A DNA stretch of 64,000 nt. Source: Sphyrna mokarran (Eukaryota). Shown in pieces: positions 12,165 to 26,029 of this stretch. The stretch is from positions 47,244,001 through 47,308,000 of the forward strand of contig JAGIQG010000012.1 in assembly GCA_024679065.1 (NCBI GenBank). Reading direction: 5' to 3'. Within the stretch, counting starts at the first letter, position 1. Each line of letters starts with the position of its first letter. The notes below the pieces were generated by a model. The model did no database searches, was not told where the DNA came from, and worked only from the letters and a program-made list of their open reading frames with translations. The translations under genes and the position numbers were made by a program.

Positions 12165-12397
12165 TTCTATGAAAAGCATTGGGACATTTTAATAAGAAAA
12201 AAATACTTTTGTTTACATAGTACCTTTCATTTATATTGCACCTTTCTCAGTTGTCTCAGAGGGCAGTTATAACATCTCACCTGTGAGATGACACTTTTGC
12301 CTTCGACTATTTTTTGCTCAAGTCTCTGTTGTAGAACTTCAACTTATAGTTTTCTGACGTAGAGGTGAATGTGCTATCCACTGAGCCACAGCTGACA
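12165..12397 (-). mobile_element. Deu-domain SINE (SacSINE/AmnSINE-like) fragments
   Basis: tRNA-like head (gtgctatccactgagccacagctgaca on +), catttatattgcaccttt tail, gctcaagtctct; related to the 36880 copy. Confidence 0.55.
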
Positions 12398-12655
12398 TTT
12401 ACTATGTTGAAGAAACTTTTAATGCAGGCTGCTGTTGATGTAGAATACCAGCTTCTATATTTCATACACCCTCTATATTGTTGTTATTTTTAGCTGCAAG
12501 GTCTTCAGTTAATTTGCAGACAACATGTGTCATTAATAAACAGATTTTATTCATGTTGCAAAGTTCATTGTCCAGAAGTATATATTATGAACTAATTGTG
12601 TTATGAGGAATCCCAATTGTTGACTGTGACATTTTATAAGAGGTTATAGAATATA

Positions 12656-12765
12656 GGATGGAATTTTACCACGTTACTCGGGCAAAATCATAAAATCCCA
12701 CCCGAGGCCAATGGAGATTTCCATTCTGCGAGCCTCAGCCGTTCTGGAATTGTAAAATTCTGGCC
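12656..12765 (+). mobile_element. ~110-bp Harbinger-type MITE
   Basis: TIRs ggatggaattttac / gtaaaattctggcc; core aaaatcccacccgaggccaatgga. Confidence 0.7.
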
Positions 12766-14654
12766 GAAGTACTTTCTGATCTATATGGTAAGGGGTTAGC
12801 ACAACTGAGTTCTTCCATTTTCTGGAGATTTTGGCCTGTTTCTTACAGATTATTACAATTGAAGAATTTCAGCTCCATTATGTAACTTTGTTCTAACTTG
12901 ATATGTGGAAGTCTTGCATGGTTTTTAGAAGTGTTTCAATTAAGCAAGGCATTTGTTGTAGATTCACATTTATTTCACCTTAGTCCTAATGGTCATTATC
13001 ATGATTATATCAATTTATACAATGCTGTATAATCTCATCTTTTGGAGAATACAATCACTCAGCTTGCTTCATATTGGGAATCGTTATTTACGCATGGTGG
13101 ACCTCCCATCTGCTTAACAATGCAACGCTGAACTCGCGAAAGATTTAGGTAGTGCCAAAATGTGACTGCTGATAGAAATGAGAAGAATTAAAAGCGTTTC
13201 CAGTGCAAACTGGATGAAAGTATTGTCAGCCTGGACTGGGAAGGGGACCTGTAACAAAGAAATATTGTGGAAAATTGGTGTGAGAAATGGCATTTGCATG
13301 AGCAGACTGCGAGGGAAGTTCAAGATGAGTCAGGAAGTATTATTGCTATTTTTCTAATTTGGGAAGGGATATCAGAAGAAAACACAAGAGCAGGACAAAT
13401 CACTAAACAACTCTAATTACTGAAAGCTAGTGTAGTCCAAAGTTCCATGTTGTCCTGCAGTCTGGCACTAGTGTTATCATAATCAACTACTTTTCCAAGT
13501 TTGGTGTTGTTCACAAACTCTGAAATTATTCCCTGTACGCCAAAGATCAGTTCACAATAATAACATATACACATTTTCTTCCAGTCTGAAAAACAACACC
13601 ATTCTGTCCCTGAGTCAGTGTTGTATTCAGGCCTGACCTGTGTTCAAAATTCTTTGAAAGAACCAACTGTTTTTTTCTCTTATGGAATGCAGTCCAGCCA
13701 AAAACTATAGCTTGGGTTTCTTAGACATTTGCTTTTACAGCAGAATATGTTTATGCTCAATAGAGATTAGCCAATCTTTTATTGTTACCTTTCCACATAA
13801 CAAGAATGCTTACAATAAGTACCTTGAATATCACAAAGGCCATGGAAGCCACTACATAAAATCAGATTTGTTTTTCTTTTCTGTAAGGTTGCACAAACCT
13901 AAAGTTGAATAGCCACAAAACAACTTGGTGAAAAAAGCCTGGGGTTGAATCTAATCCACTTTAAAATTAATCACTGGTCAGGAGGTTGTGAGTTGCACCA
14001 GTGTCCTGCCAGCAGAATCTTTGAGGAAATGGCCTCCTAATTGACCGACCCATATTTACCATCTAATTAAGGACAGCAGCCAGATTCCTGACCAGCATGG
14101 GTGAAGTACCTCTGTAGGAAATGGATTATGAGGATGTTGCTGTCTTGAGGTGTTCACTGCAGAGATTTCCTTTTATTTCAATTAACTGTAACTACAGCTG
14201 TGGCCAGATTCTGTGGCAGGTATTCCTGCTAATCTGCCGGGGAAACCATGGGAGATTTTGCGCCCCCATTCCCATGTATAATGGTGTGATTGCCTCTAAG
14301 TACCTAACAATTTTTGGCCATGGGAAGATGTGTTCATTGCTGAAGAGGTCCCAGCAGCAACCTTGAACTGTCCACAAGTGGCTCCTTGCGTATTCAAATT
14401 GGCTACCTGTTGCATCCAGCAGATCTTGCCAAAGGGATGAATTTGTCAACCCCTTGATCCAATGCCCTCCTATACTTCTTCATGATGCCATGCATGGCAT
14501 CATTTGAAAGATTCTGCATTCAATTTTTCCAAACTTGGCATCTGATTATTACCAGAATAATTAAACCATGGAATTCTATGGTTTGCTACTCAACTGCAGC
14601 CTTTTAATCTCGGATTAAGGGCCTGTTTTCTGTGCTGTTTTGTTCTTTAAACAA

Positions 14655-15170
14655 TGAGTAAGTGTTAGCATGGATACAAAATTGGCTTAGGGACAGAAAG
14701 CAAAGATACTAGTGAAGAATGACAGGAGGGAAATATGCAGTAGTGTCCTTATGGATTGGTACTAGGATCATCGCTCTTTTAAAATATTTATTATGACCTG
14801 AATGTGTCTATAACTGTATAATTTCAGATTTGCAAATGAAGTAAACTTGGAAAAGAAGTAGTGAGGATTGTGATAGACCTCTAGACAACAAAGGCTGCTG
14901 AAATGGGCAGTCATGTAGCTGATGAAATTTAATGCCGCAAAATGCAAAGCGATTTGTTTTGTAAGAAAGTATGAAGAAGATAGCGTACATTAAATATTAC
15001 AATTTTAGAATATGTGCAAGAACAGAGATACCTGAGTGTTTCTGTGGAGAAATCTTTGAAGGCACAGGACAAAGCTGCTCAGATTATTAAAAATCTTTGG
15101 CCATGTACATAAAAAAATGGTTATATTAAACCTTTATTAAACACAAGTATAGTCTCAATTGGATATTAGG
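14655..15170 (+). mobile_element. Degenerate CR1 RT fragment
   Basis: WIQNWLRDRKQR, L.MKFNAAKCK and related CR1 RT motifs with many lesions. Confidence 0.7.
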
Positions 15171-17354
15171 CTGGATTTTACGCCTAAGTAGAAGAAGATT
15201 TGAAGTAATTGGGCACATAAAATCTAATGAACAACCTACTAGCCACATGGCTACATGTGATTAATTTAAAACATTTCCAAATGGTCTCATCCTGTGCTGT
15301 AATATTCTGTTATTTCTATTATCTTTTATGATAATTATAAAATATGTGTGGAAGAGTATATGTTATATCAGTAAATACCCATCTTTACCTCTGTCAGTTG
15401 CATGTTGTTAATTTATTTTCAATGATAAATGATAAATTTTATTTTTTGAAGAACTAAGCAAAAAGGCAAAGAGTTATGCAATATGTATTGCCAGTGTTAA
15501 TAAGTGTAAAAGAGAATTCAGAGGCCTATTATTTAATTATGCAGTGGTACTGCTAGTCTTTCCTGCCACCATGTCAGAACATTTCTAAGCAACATATTCA
15601 TAATTTTACCATATATAATGGTGTGACTGTACATGCACAAGCCAATTGTTAGTAAATCACAGAAACTCTATGGAATGAGTGACGAGTTCTACAAATCTTT
15701 TTATACATCATGGTTGGAATCTTCCAGTCATGCTGGTAGTGGGAAGCTTAGAAGATGAGAGACTTTACATTGTCTTGTAGCTAAAAATCAGTTTCCAAAC
15801 GGTGGGATGAACTTTAGAAATTAAAGTCTTGAATCTTGAAAGACAGATTAAGACAACTCCAAGCCTGCAGTGACCATGCTGCCGACTGATCTAAAACCCC
15901 CAACCTTTCTGGGGACCGTATCTCTCTGCTCCAATCCTTTTTGTGTATTTGTCAAGATGCCCCTTAAAAGTCACAATTGTATCACCCTAACTCACCTGTG
16001 CATTCACCAGTCATACACACTCATTAAAGGTTACCTCACTGTAATTAAGTTTCCTCCATCAAATTATGTTCCCCTAGCAAAGGAAGTTGTCTGCCAGCAA
16101 GAAATTATAATTTCATTTTTCTGACTCAGAAAAGTGGCCTTCCAAGGTTAACATGAATTGTTGTTACATTGTCCTATTTGGAGAGTGCCTGTAAATGCCA
16201 AACTAAGTTTAAGATTGGCTGGTGGCAGTGCAAGATATGTGAAGGATGACTGAGGAAGGCAGGAATGGATAGCATGGAAGTGGAGGGAGTGGTGGCTGAG
16301 CAAAGCTGGAAGAAATAGTGCAGGCTGTTTGAATGCCCTTTAAATATGTCATCTGACCCCATCAGGTAACAGTGGAGAAGCGACCTCCTGCCTGTTCCCA
16401 CCATGAGAATTGGCAATCTCCTTGCAGATGCATTTTTAATAAGCTTAACAGTGCTAGAGCATGTGTACTCAACCATCCTACCTCCCCTATGAAAATCAGT
16501 CCTATCTGTGTACCTGTCACCAAACTTACCCTCCAGAATGGAAGGTTCCAGTCTATGATTCAGTCCTAGGATGAAATCTAACTTTGAGATCTTTGGCTAT
16601 GATGGTCATACTCTTTTTGATTGCTTAGATTTTTGCTCTTGATCAAATGGCAGTGCTTTGAAAAGTATCTTCCTCTCTTACATGAACAATTTTAGTTTCA
16701 AAGAATGATTTTCCTGGTCAAATTAGTCTCTTAGAATGAATTAAAAGATTTGATTATGCTTGCTTTGAAAAAAAGCATGATATTCTTCTGATGTGCTAAA
16801 ATCAATATATAAAACCATAGCAACCAAAACCATAAAAAAGTCAACTAGTTATAACTGTCATTGCTGTTTTGCAAGATAGTGGTGTGCACAAATTATTTGG
16901 CATATTTACCTCTAAAGCAATAGTGATAATCAATGTTCTTGCGAAGTTGCGTACATGGATGACTGCATCAGCCTGTGAGCTGCCACAGAGGCACCGTGCC
17001 ATGTTAAATACTGTGCTTTACAAAATTAAAACATGCACTGCATTTAGAAAATTGCCCATGGACAATTAATTTTAAAGGAAGTTGTCATCATTCTTATTCA
17101 CTAGTTAAGGGAAAAACATTTATTGGTGAAGTCTATACAGACTTGCAGCATTGTGGCTGCAGCTATTTCCTGTAAACGTTCTGGAACAGAAACTTGAGCT
17201 CACCAGGATGATTCCCCTACTTTGCTCCCTGGTTGTTTCACCTGGTCATATAACACTTAGTTACCCTCAAAGAGACAATCTTTCTGTCCAAGTCTTTTTT
17301 CATTCAATTTACACAGCCCAAGATAATTAAAATTTAATACATGAATTTAGGCAA

Positions 17355-20300
17355 TTATAATTTTAGTCTTTCAGAGGGTTTCTGAATCCTTGTGGAGTGG
17401 TGTATTTTGTCTGTCTGGGGTGTTTCCACAGAATTGCTGTCAGCTGAAGCCACAAAGTGACGTGCCTCTTCAGTTCTATCTGTTGCCATAGAGATGTTGG
17501 TTGTGCCTGCCACAGGATAAACAAATGCTTCAGTTCTTGGATAGTTAACAACATTCCCAGATGGCAATATAGCTCATGATGGCAGTGCTGGTTGCTGAGG
17601 CAATTCTTGCTCTCTCAAATAGTCTACATGTTTCTGGATGGTGCTTCCTTCTACGTGAAACTTGATAAGACAGGGATCCAGTTTTGGATTCAAGTCAACC
17701 ACTTCCAAAATTCCTCATATACGTGGCTTCATCCACTGACAATGACCGTGTTGATTTACATGAATCATGGTTTGTCTTCTGAATGTTTTGACAGGCCTCT
17801 ATCCTCCCCAGCAAATTTGGAAATATGGAACTCAATCTCATTTTGAGATGATGGTTCAAGAGCAGCTCTGCTGTTGGGACCTTGTTGTACGTGAAGTGGT
17901 CATGCAGCATAAATGAAATTGTGAGATTCTGGGTCTTCAGGGTTCCACCTGACTGCTTCTTTTAGCCAGTCTGAAATTGCTCATTCAGCTGGTCCTTAGG
18001 ATGCTAGATTGTATGGCACACTCCTAATGTGCATGATAACATTGTGGACAATGAAGTTCTGAAACTCAGCACTTATGAAAGTTGTTCTATTATCAGATCT
18101 TAACGGTTCGTCATGCCAGTCGATTGGCATGGTAATCTAGTAAGATTGGGCAAAAAGTCATAAACTGGGTTTGCCTCTGGGTGGAAAGGATGATAGATCT
18201 TCCAGCGCATTGGCAAATCAGGACATATGTGCAATGATGCTCCTGATAGTGTTCAGCCGGCTTCCAAATGTGAATAGGCTTTGTCCACTCGTCCTACTGG
18301 TGCAAATCACATTTTGCCTATTTTTTTTCCCTAAATGCCAGACAATTGCACCTGGGTGCTTACCCAAAAAAAAGGGCAAGATTTTCTCCCATTTTCACAC
18401 TCGTTTGGCGCTTAGAATATTTTTGGTAAGGTTTCACCCCCCCATGACTTCAGGTTTTCTGTGGGTGAAAAAACATTTATGTTATTTGTCAACTGGAGCA
18501 AGAAAATATTGAAACTTTATCTCAAACACTTCCATCTGCTTTGAATATACATCAACAAGGAGCAAAAACATTATGATCACGAATGGCCCAACATAATCAA
18601 AAGGAAATCATATCCCTGGTGCCAGTTCATTCCCAAAGGTGCAGTGAGGCCGTAACAGGCAACTTTTGTTTCAGCTAGCACTGTTCACAATGTTTGACTG
18701 GGTGCTCAATGCTAGCATTAATGCCAGGCCACCAGACATAACTTCTGGTGAACATCTTCATCTCAGACATACCCAGTGGACACTACGTAATTTAGTTAGG
18801 AGCTACTCTTTTCCTGGTACATATTGCTTTCCTTACTCCCTGAAGTATGATATCATCTTGGTAAATCTTTTTATATTAACTATAGTTTATTCTCTTCAGA
18901 AATTGGTTCTTTAGCCCAACTCATTAGTATCCTGTGCATAACTTTGGACAGGAGTGGATCCCAACTAGTCGAGTACTTGATCTGCTTTGCTGAGACTGGC
19001 AAAATATCTCAGGGATTTAATGCCGCAGTAACTTCCTGTGGTATTGGAGATGTGCAATTGTCTTTTGGAAAGGTAGGTGACTAAGTGCATTGCATTTGTT
19101 GTGTGTGTTTCCAGGCCAGTGCTGGAAGGCAAATTCGTGGGCAGAGAAAATTAATGCCTAACACTGAATTCTTGTCGATGAGATTGGCGATGATTCTTGT
19201 CTCCTATGAAAAGACTCAAAGCAAGCAGTTTTTGATCAGAAACAATGCTAAAAGTGACTACAAAAATAACAGTGGAATTTTTTGACATCTAAAACTATTG
19301 ATAATCCTTCTCTCTCAATTTCTGAGTAGCCTTTCCTGGCTTCTGAGAGCGTTCTTGAGACATAGTCTATAGGCTTTCCAGATCCATCATACATGTCATG
19401 GGATAACACCGCACCAACGCCATTGGAAAGGCATTACAGGTTAACACCAATTTATTGGATGGATCAGAATATAAATGTAACAAGTTCAAAGAATGCTGCA
19501 ATTTCTTTAGTCTGTTAAAAACTTCTGTCTGGGACATCTTTCAAAATCATCACTGGTGCTTGTTTATTAGAACATGCAAGAGGGTCAATAACGTCAATAA
19601 ATTCTATATAAAAAAAGTAATTCACCATTCCTAAAAAATGATTTGAGCTCAGATGTGTTTTTGAGTGCCTCCTTTATGGCTCTGATCTGGTATTCCATAG
19701 GGTTAAATTCTTGTGCATCTACACAGTCCTGCAGGTAGGTTACTTCATTGGCATAAAAAGTACATTTCTCCTTCTTGAGACAAACTCAAGCCTCTTCTAA
19801 TCTCTTTAGAACCTCCTCTCAGTTAGCTATGTGCTTGGTTTCTTTCAATCTCCTTATAAGATAATCAATACATAACTAGAACATGTGGCAGCCCTTGTGA
19901 CATTCCATTGTCCTCTGAAAAATAGCACATGCTGACAAAATACCAAGGACAAATGCCTATACTTTTGTATATGTTTATCATGTCATAACCTCAAGAAGTG
20001 TTGTTGAATTCAGATTGTCGATGTGTATGTCTTATGTCCAATTTTATATAAGACTGATCTCTGGCCAGCTTTGCATATATGTCTTCAATCTTTGGAACTG
20101 GATATTTATCCAACTTGGCAATCTAATTAACTGTTAAGTTGCAATCCCCACAAATATGGACAGCCTTCCCTGACTTGAATATGGGGATTATGGGTGCAGC
20201 CCTTTCACAAACTGAACTGGTTGGCCCAGTAATTCTCATTGCTTTAATTCAATCTCTACCTTTTCTCATAAGGCATATGGTACTGATCATAAAAGTCAAG

Positions 20301-21240
20301 AGGTCGTCTCTGAATTTACATGATCTTTGCCTGCAGGCTTATAACTTACCTAACTTGTCAATGAACATGGCCTCATATTTCTGCATCAGCTTGAGCAGTT
20401 CTCCTTCTCACACTTAGAAAATCTTGGTCCAGATTGATTCGCTTAAACAATGCTCAGAAGGCCTGTCACTATTGTTGGGAACTGGGCAGACTGTTGCCCA
20501 TTGAATACAGTTTTCATGTCCATTGTTGTTACGGCTTTGCTTGTGTAAGTTGTTAATTGCTCCTTCCCTCAAATACCAAAATGTATGTTGACCTATCACA
20601 GTAGCAGAAGCCCCGATGTTTACTTCCATCTGAACAGGCTTTCCATTAAAGTAACATTTCAGTAACATTAAAGTAACGGGAATTATCTTGTCTGCTGGGA
20701 GTGAAATCTAAATTATTGGTGTTAGCTTCTTATGCATCATATACTTGTGATGCTGCCCTCATTCGGTTGCTGGGTAGACTTGATTTGCTTTTTTCACCGA
20801 TGCCTTTCCTGTGATCGAGAAAACATCCAACCACTTTTTACCTACAGGATTCAGGGGAGTGGTCACCCCCACAACAGTAACATTCTGCTTCAACCTTTTT
20901 TTGATTGATTTCCTCTTCTAAATCTTTCTTATCACATTTGAGCTGAATTTGCTTCCTGCTTCATTGCTACATCTTTGTTTTTCACACTAATGCTGACTGC
21001 AGATTACTGCTCTAACTGGTGAATATTGCCATTTGGTGTACTTTGTAACTTTTGTGCACCATTTTCAGGACTCTCTATTGCTAGCACTATCACTATTCTT
21101 TAAATCTTCCTTCAACGCTCTATTTATTGTGTCCAATCTTCCATAGAGGCATCAGAAGGATCTATCCTTCAAAATAGGAACATTGTCTCAGCATCACTCA
21201 AGTTTAATGGAAACTGCATACTCACAGTTCAAGGCTCACT
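17355..21240 (-). mobile_element. Gypsy/Ty3 LTR retrotransposon internal region (gag zinc knuckle, PR, RT, RNase H, integrase), degenerate
   Basis: Collinear on minus: CYCCGGDH (gag), VQMEVNIGASATV (protease), AAPIIPIFK..VHICGD..LDKYPVPKIEDIYAKLA (RT), VGAVLSH..KPIDYVSRTLSEA..YSEIEREGL (RNase H), VWWPGINASIE..VKHCEQC and SDN..FISAEFQNF (integrase), ending STRIQKPSERLKL*. Small insertion at ~18130-18450. Confidence 0.9.
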
Positions 21241-21289
21241 TTTACCCTCATCGCTCATGTAATAATTCCTGTATCTTGTAGATAAAGAA

Positions 21290-21640
21290 TGGGCTTTAGG
21301 GAGTCAGGAGGTGAGTTACTATCAGAGAATATTCTGTTTCTGATCTGCTGTTGTTGCCGCAGCATTTATCTGACTGGAACATTTCAGTTTTTGGGTAATA
21401 ATGACTGCAGGCTATTGCTGGTTGTGGACTCAGCAATGGTATTTGTACTGAGGCTCATGAAGAGGTGCTTGGATGTTCTCTTGTTGGAAATGGTCATTGG
21501 CAGGCACTTGAGTGGCATGTATGTTATTTCATAATCAGTCGAAGCCTGAATGTTTTCCAGGTCTCCCATCATGTGGGCAAGGACTGAGGAATAAGAATAG
21601 TACTGAACACAATGCAATCCTCACTAAGCATCTGACCTTT
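21290..21640 (-). mobile_element. CR1/L2-group LINE RT fragment
   Basis: ORF DLENIQASTDYEITYMPLKCLPMTISNKR..TIAES resembles DLDNIQAWADKWQVTFAP.KCQAMTISNKR. Confidence 0.75.
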
Positions 21641-24600
21641 GTTATGATCCCCATGAGGAACGACAAACCAAAATAAATAAATTTTCTTCATGATACTCTA
21701 ATGGAGAAATTACCTTCAAGATTCACTTTGTGTAAATTTTACTTTAACTCTAATCAGAATTCACAAAAATTAAACTGATTTGACAAGCAAATTACAGTAG
21801 ACACAAACAATAATCTATACATGGAATAGTAAACACAGAAGACTATCTCATGAGATTACAAATATTTGTAATACTTAAACAATGTGTAATTTTACAGTCT
21901 TTGCAACTTAGTCTCCAGAATGTAGCATCCCTCACTTTTCTCCATCAATGGATATGGTCCTCTAGTATCTACAAGAATAGTTATATTCCATCTAAGACTG
22001 ATGGAGATGGCCATCACCCAAACAACACACTTTTGCAGAACCTTCTTGGATGGGTCACAACAGTTCAGAGGGCACAAATATCCCATATTCATTTAATAAA
22101 CCTTGTTAAATGATCAGGCCAGCTCGAACAAAACTGAGGCATATTCTTAGAACTGTCCAATTCAAAGCCTCTGCTCTAACTCTGTCATCAGGTTCTGTCT
22201 TTTTTAACTGTATCACACTTACACTCACACACTTACTTTGCTGTGCCTTCTCTCTACCTGGGTGACAAACACTGAAAAAATAAAATGGAGAGGCAGTCTG
22301 CCATTTGGGGTGAGCAGGCTAATTGGTGAGACCAGCAATGGTAGTGGGCACTGGCCAGCTGAGGGGTGCTGACACAGTTGTAGAGAAGTGGGTGGAGAGA
22401 CTGGAGTGGGAGGGAAATAATTTGTTGTATACCTGAGACTCAAGCTCTGGAACTCCAAGCAAACCACAGGCCTCAACTCTAAAGCGAGCCTCAGATTATG
22501 GCATTACTCCTCTGACCAAGCCTTTGGCCTAAACCCCCAAATGAGTTTCAGGCTGTGTCCTCACTCCCCGAGTGAACCTTGCCCCTGAACAAATCATTGA
22601 GCTTTGGGAGATTCATGAAGTTTCCTCCTCCCATTAGCTGTTTAATTGCCCACCATCATTCATGAATAGATTTGGCAGGATTATAGAGAATTGATCTGAA
22701 CCATTAACTGTCAGATTACTCTTCAGTTAGCATGCTGCTTCTGCATGTTCATCTGTGCGAGTGGATATTTATGTCTTAGTGCACCTAATTACATTTTATG
22801 TGGTGCTCCAGTCAGGCCTTTGAAACAACGTCACTGAATTTTTTGTGAGTGACAACTTGCTATCAAGTGTCTTGCCCACTAACTGTTTGCAGAGACCAAG
22901 ATCCCCTTCTTCAACAGCTTTGCCAGAAAAGAAAAGTACACTGTTGTGATTAAAGTTTGAGCATGCTGATTTCCCATTTCAGCCAAAAAGTTGCAATCCT
23001 ACTTTAAGTTATTGGAGACTTTTAAGACCTACTGCAGCATCTTGTTTTTATTCGTTCAGGGGATATGGTTGTCTCTGGTAAGGCCAGAATTTGTTGTCCA
23101 TCCTTATCTCCTCTTGAGAAGACAGTAGGGACCTGACCCTAAGTTTTGAGGTGAAATACTAGGTTTGCAACACGTGTGTAGTTTACTCACAAAACGTTAA
23201 ACTGGAACTCAGGAATTTGGAAGAGTTAAACACCCCAGCTTTTGAGTAGCTGGTCTTGCAGCTATGCTTGCTTTCTGCCAAAACTTATTGCAAACACCAG
23301 AATCAGCCCAAACATGTCATGTGCAAAATAAAATGTGAAGAAGATTTTTATTTTAAAGAAAGAATGAAGTTCCCCTGAAATGTATTCATTCACTTATAGG
23401 TAGGTTAGCACCATGCTACTGGCTCCTCTTTAAGCAAACAACACAGTCGGTACATGCTGTGAGCTTCTCCTTGCTTTCCGATCACCATTAACACTTCCTC
23501 AAGACTAGCAAACAGATGGTATTCTTATAAACAGAGTGAGATAGACAGTGTTAGATTTTCCTTCCCTGTGAAAGGCACTCCTACTGGGAAGCTGGCTGTG
23601 AAGTAACACAATTTATCCCACTTGACAGATTGAAATGACAGGCAATCTTGGGATTTGAACTCCCAGCCATCTGCTTAAGACATAAATATTGTTTGCAATG
23701 CCCACGTTAAGGTATGCTACTGAGGCCATGATATTATATATGGCACGCTGATGTCTATTGTATTGCCTGATACTTTTTAAATATGGTTTCACTGTTCTGT
23801 TCTTGAGTGCCATAGATTGGCAGATACATTTAAGTGTTGAAATTCCAGTAAATGAAAGTTAGCTGAAAATATTGCTCCATAAAAACACACCCTGTCGTTA
23901 AATTTTTGCCTAATAGCATTCTTAAATTCCATTTTGATGAAGATGGGACATATTATTTCCATTAATTTTTCAGTATGATACAGGGAGAAGCTCTCTCAAG
24001 ATAGGTCTTTTTCCCCTTTACTATTTATAATGTTTTTGCCAAGTGAGAATTAGTAGGTCATCTCCTGCAAGGATGCCATCAAGTCAATGTACTTTGGAAT
24101 TAATCAATTTAAATCATGGAGAAGACTCCAGATGGCATGAATTTCATCTCTCTTGGCACCTCCACCCTAATGTAATGCACCTCCATGAAAAGAGTATCCA
24201 CAAAAGCATCTGTGTGCAGAAGTCTCAGAAAGACCAGTGGTATAATGCCAGTATAATGCATGGCTAATTTGAGCCATGCGATGCATTTATGCATTAATTT
24301 AGAAAAGACAAGCATTTAATTGCAGTACTCTGTACTGTTGTTATTTAAGATATGCTACTGAGGCCTGATGTTATGTCAGGTATCCAATTTATAGTTAAGG
24401 TAATATTTAAGAAGTTGTGCTGTAGCAAAGTATCCAGAAGTATTCTGGAGTATTTTAGGGGTATTATGGTAAGTTCCTCAACTTGACAGAAAGTGTCACT
24501 ACATCCTCACATGGAGGACAGCAGATTCTTTGATCTATTCACATACAGGACAAAACTGCTATAGGGGACTGCAACAACAGTCCTTTCAGATCTATAGCAT

Positions 24601-25004
24601 CTAAGGCAGGGAAAACAGAAAGTACAAAGAGGGCAAGCTTTGTGTGATGCCTGCAGTTTTAGCGTCAAGCATATATAAAGCTAATGTGGTGCAGCATACA
24701 GCACCACCCACACAGTAGTGCGTATAATCCAGAACCAGGGATCACTGTGGTGTTGGGCAGAAATGGGTAAAGCCCTAATCCGTAACCTAGATAGCTCCTC
24801 AGCTGCACTCTTTACTTGTGTAAGAAGTTCCACTTGTCGATAAAGACTTACAATTAACATTCTGAAGACTATGAAGAGTTCTTTCAAAGACAGTGATCTG
24901 TAATTAACATTCTCCATTGACACTCCCAATTTGGAGTTGGGCCGAAGGGCCTGTTTCCTGTGCTGTTCTTGTTCTTTGGAACTTGATTCCTCTGTGTTCC
25001 TTAA

Positions 25005-25181
25005 CAGTAAGAAGTCTCACAATACCAGGTTAAAGTCCAACAAGTTTATTTGATAGTTTGATACTTTATTTGATACCATCAAAGGTGGGTTTACTATCAA
25101 ATAAACTTGTTGGACTTTAACGTGGCATTGTGAGACTGCTTAGTGTGTTTACCCCAGCCCAATGCTGGCATTTCCACATCA
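25005..25181. mobile_element. Penelope-derived palindromic element, centre deleted, 8-bp TSD TTCCTTAA
   Basis: Inverted arms cagtaagaagtctcacaataccaggttaaagtccaacaagtttatttgatagt / actatcaaataaacttgttggactttaacgtggcattgtgagactgctta; TSD at 24997-25004 and 25182-25189; same family tail as 29661 and 58063. Confidence 0.8.
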
Positions 25182-25404
25182 TTCCTTAATAATAACAGGA
25201 AGTTGCCTGGCAGGGCAGACAATATATCACAAGTGTGCCTGTCCAGAAGTGCGCTGCTATATGCTGCCCTGTTGAAGTCCTCATCTGAGTTTCCTGCAGC
25301 TGAACTTATCTGCAACTTTGCTCTTCAATGAGCTGATAAATGAACCATCCATTATTCTTGGCCTGGCTGCAGATCACTCATATCTTATGACTCATCATAT
25401 TCTG

Positions 25405-25735
25405 ATTTTATTTTATTTATTGGTTTACAAGCTAATTAACATTTATTGCCCATTCCTAATTGCTCTTGAACTGAGTATCTTGCTGGGCAATTTCAGAGAA
25501 CAATTAAGAATCAATCACATTACTGACTCTAGGGTCACATGTCCTGCAGACCAGGTAAGGATGGCAGATTTCCTCCCCTGAAGAAGTATCATCATTACTG
25601 AGACTAGCTTTTCAAAAATGTTGATTAATTAAATTTAAATCCCACCAGCTAGCACAGGAGATTTGAACTCATGTCTCCAAAGTATTAGAATAGGCCTGTG
25701 GATTGCTAGTCCAATCACATTCCATATGCCATGTT
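25405..25735 (-). mobile_element. tRNA-derived SINE
   Basis: catttattgcccattcctaattgctcttgaactgag...aatcccaccagct...gatttgaactcatgtc; similar to 61185-61495. Confidence 0.7.
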
Positions 25736-26029
25736 TCCCCTCTTTATAATGATATCCAAGGTAAGTTCATGCCAGTATCTGAGCTGGTGGCTACAAATGG
25801 CAGATGATAGAGCCTTGATCAGTGCTATACTTCTCTCTCCTATGGTGGGAAGATGACAGTTCTGGGTATCTGAAAGCAGCAAAGAAGAAAGGGAACAAGA
25901 AGAAGATTGGTCTATAGAAGATTACAGGAGGGGACTGAGTTGGGAGTTGAGAAAAAGCGCAGGTAGGAACATCCTCAATGTTCTCAGTGATGGCAGATGT
26001 TATGTACTTGGTCGAGGATGGCCAATGAT

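Noticed and set aside
19085-19285. Apparent + strand exon after tgtttccag
   Set aside because: The region is the antisense strand of the Gypsy RNase H/connection domain.
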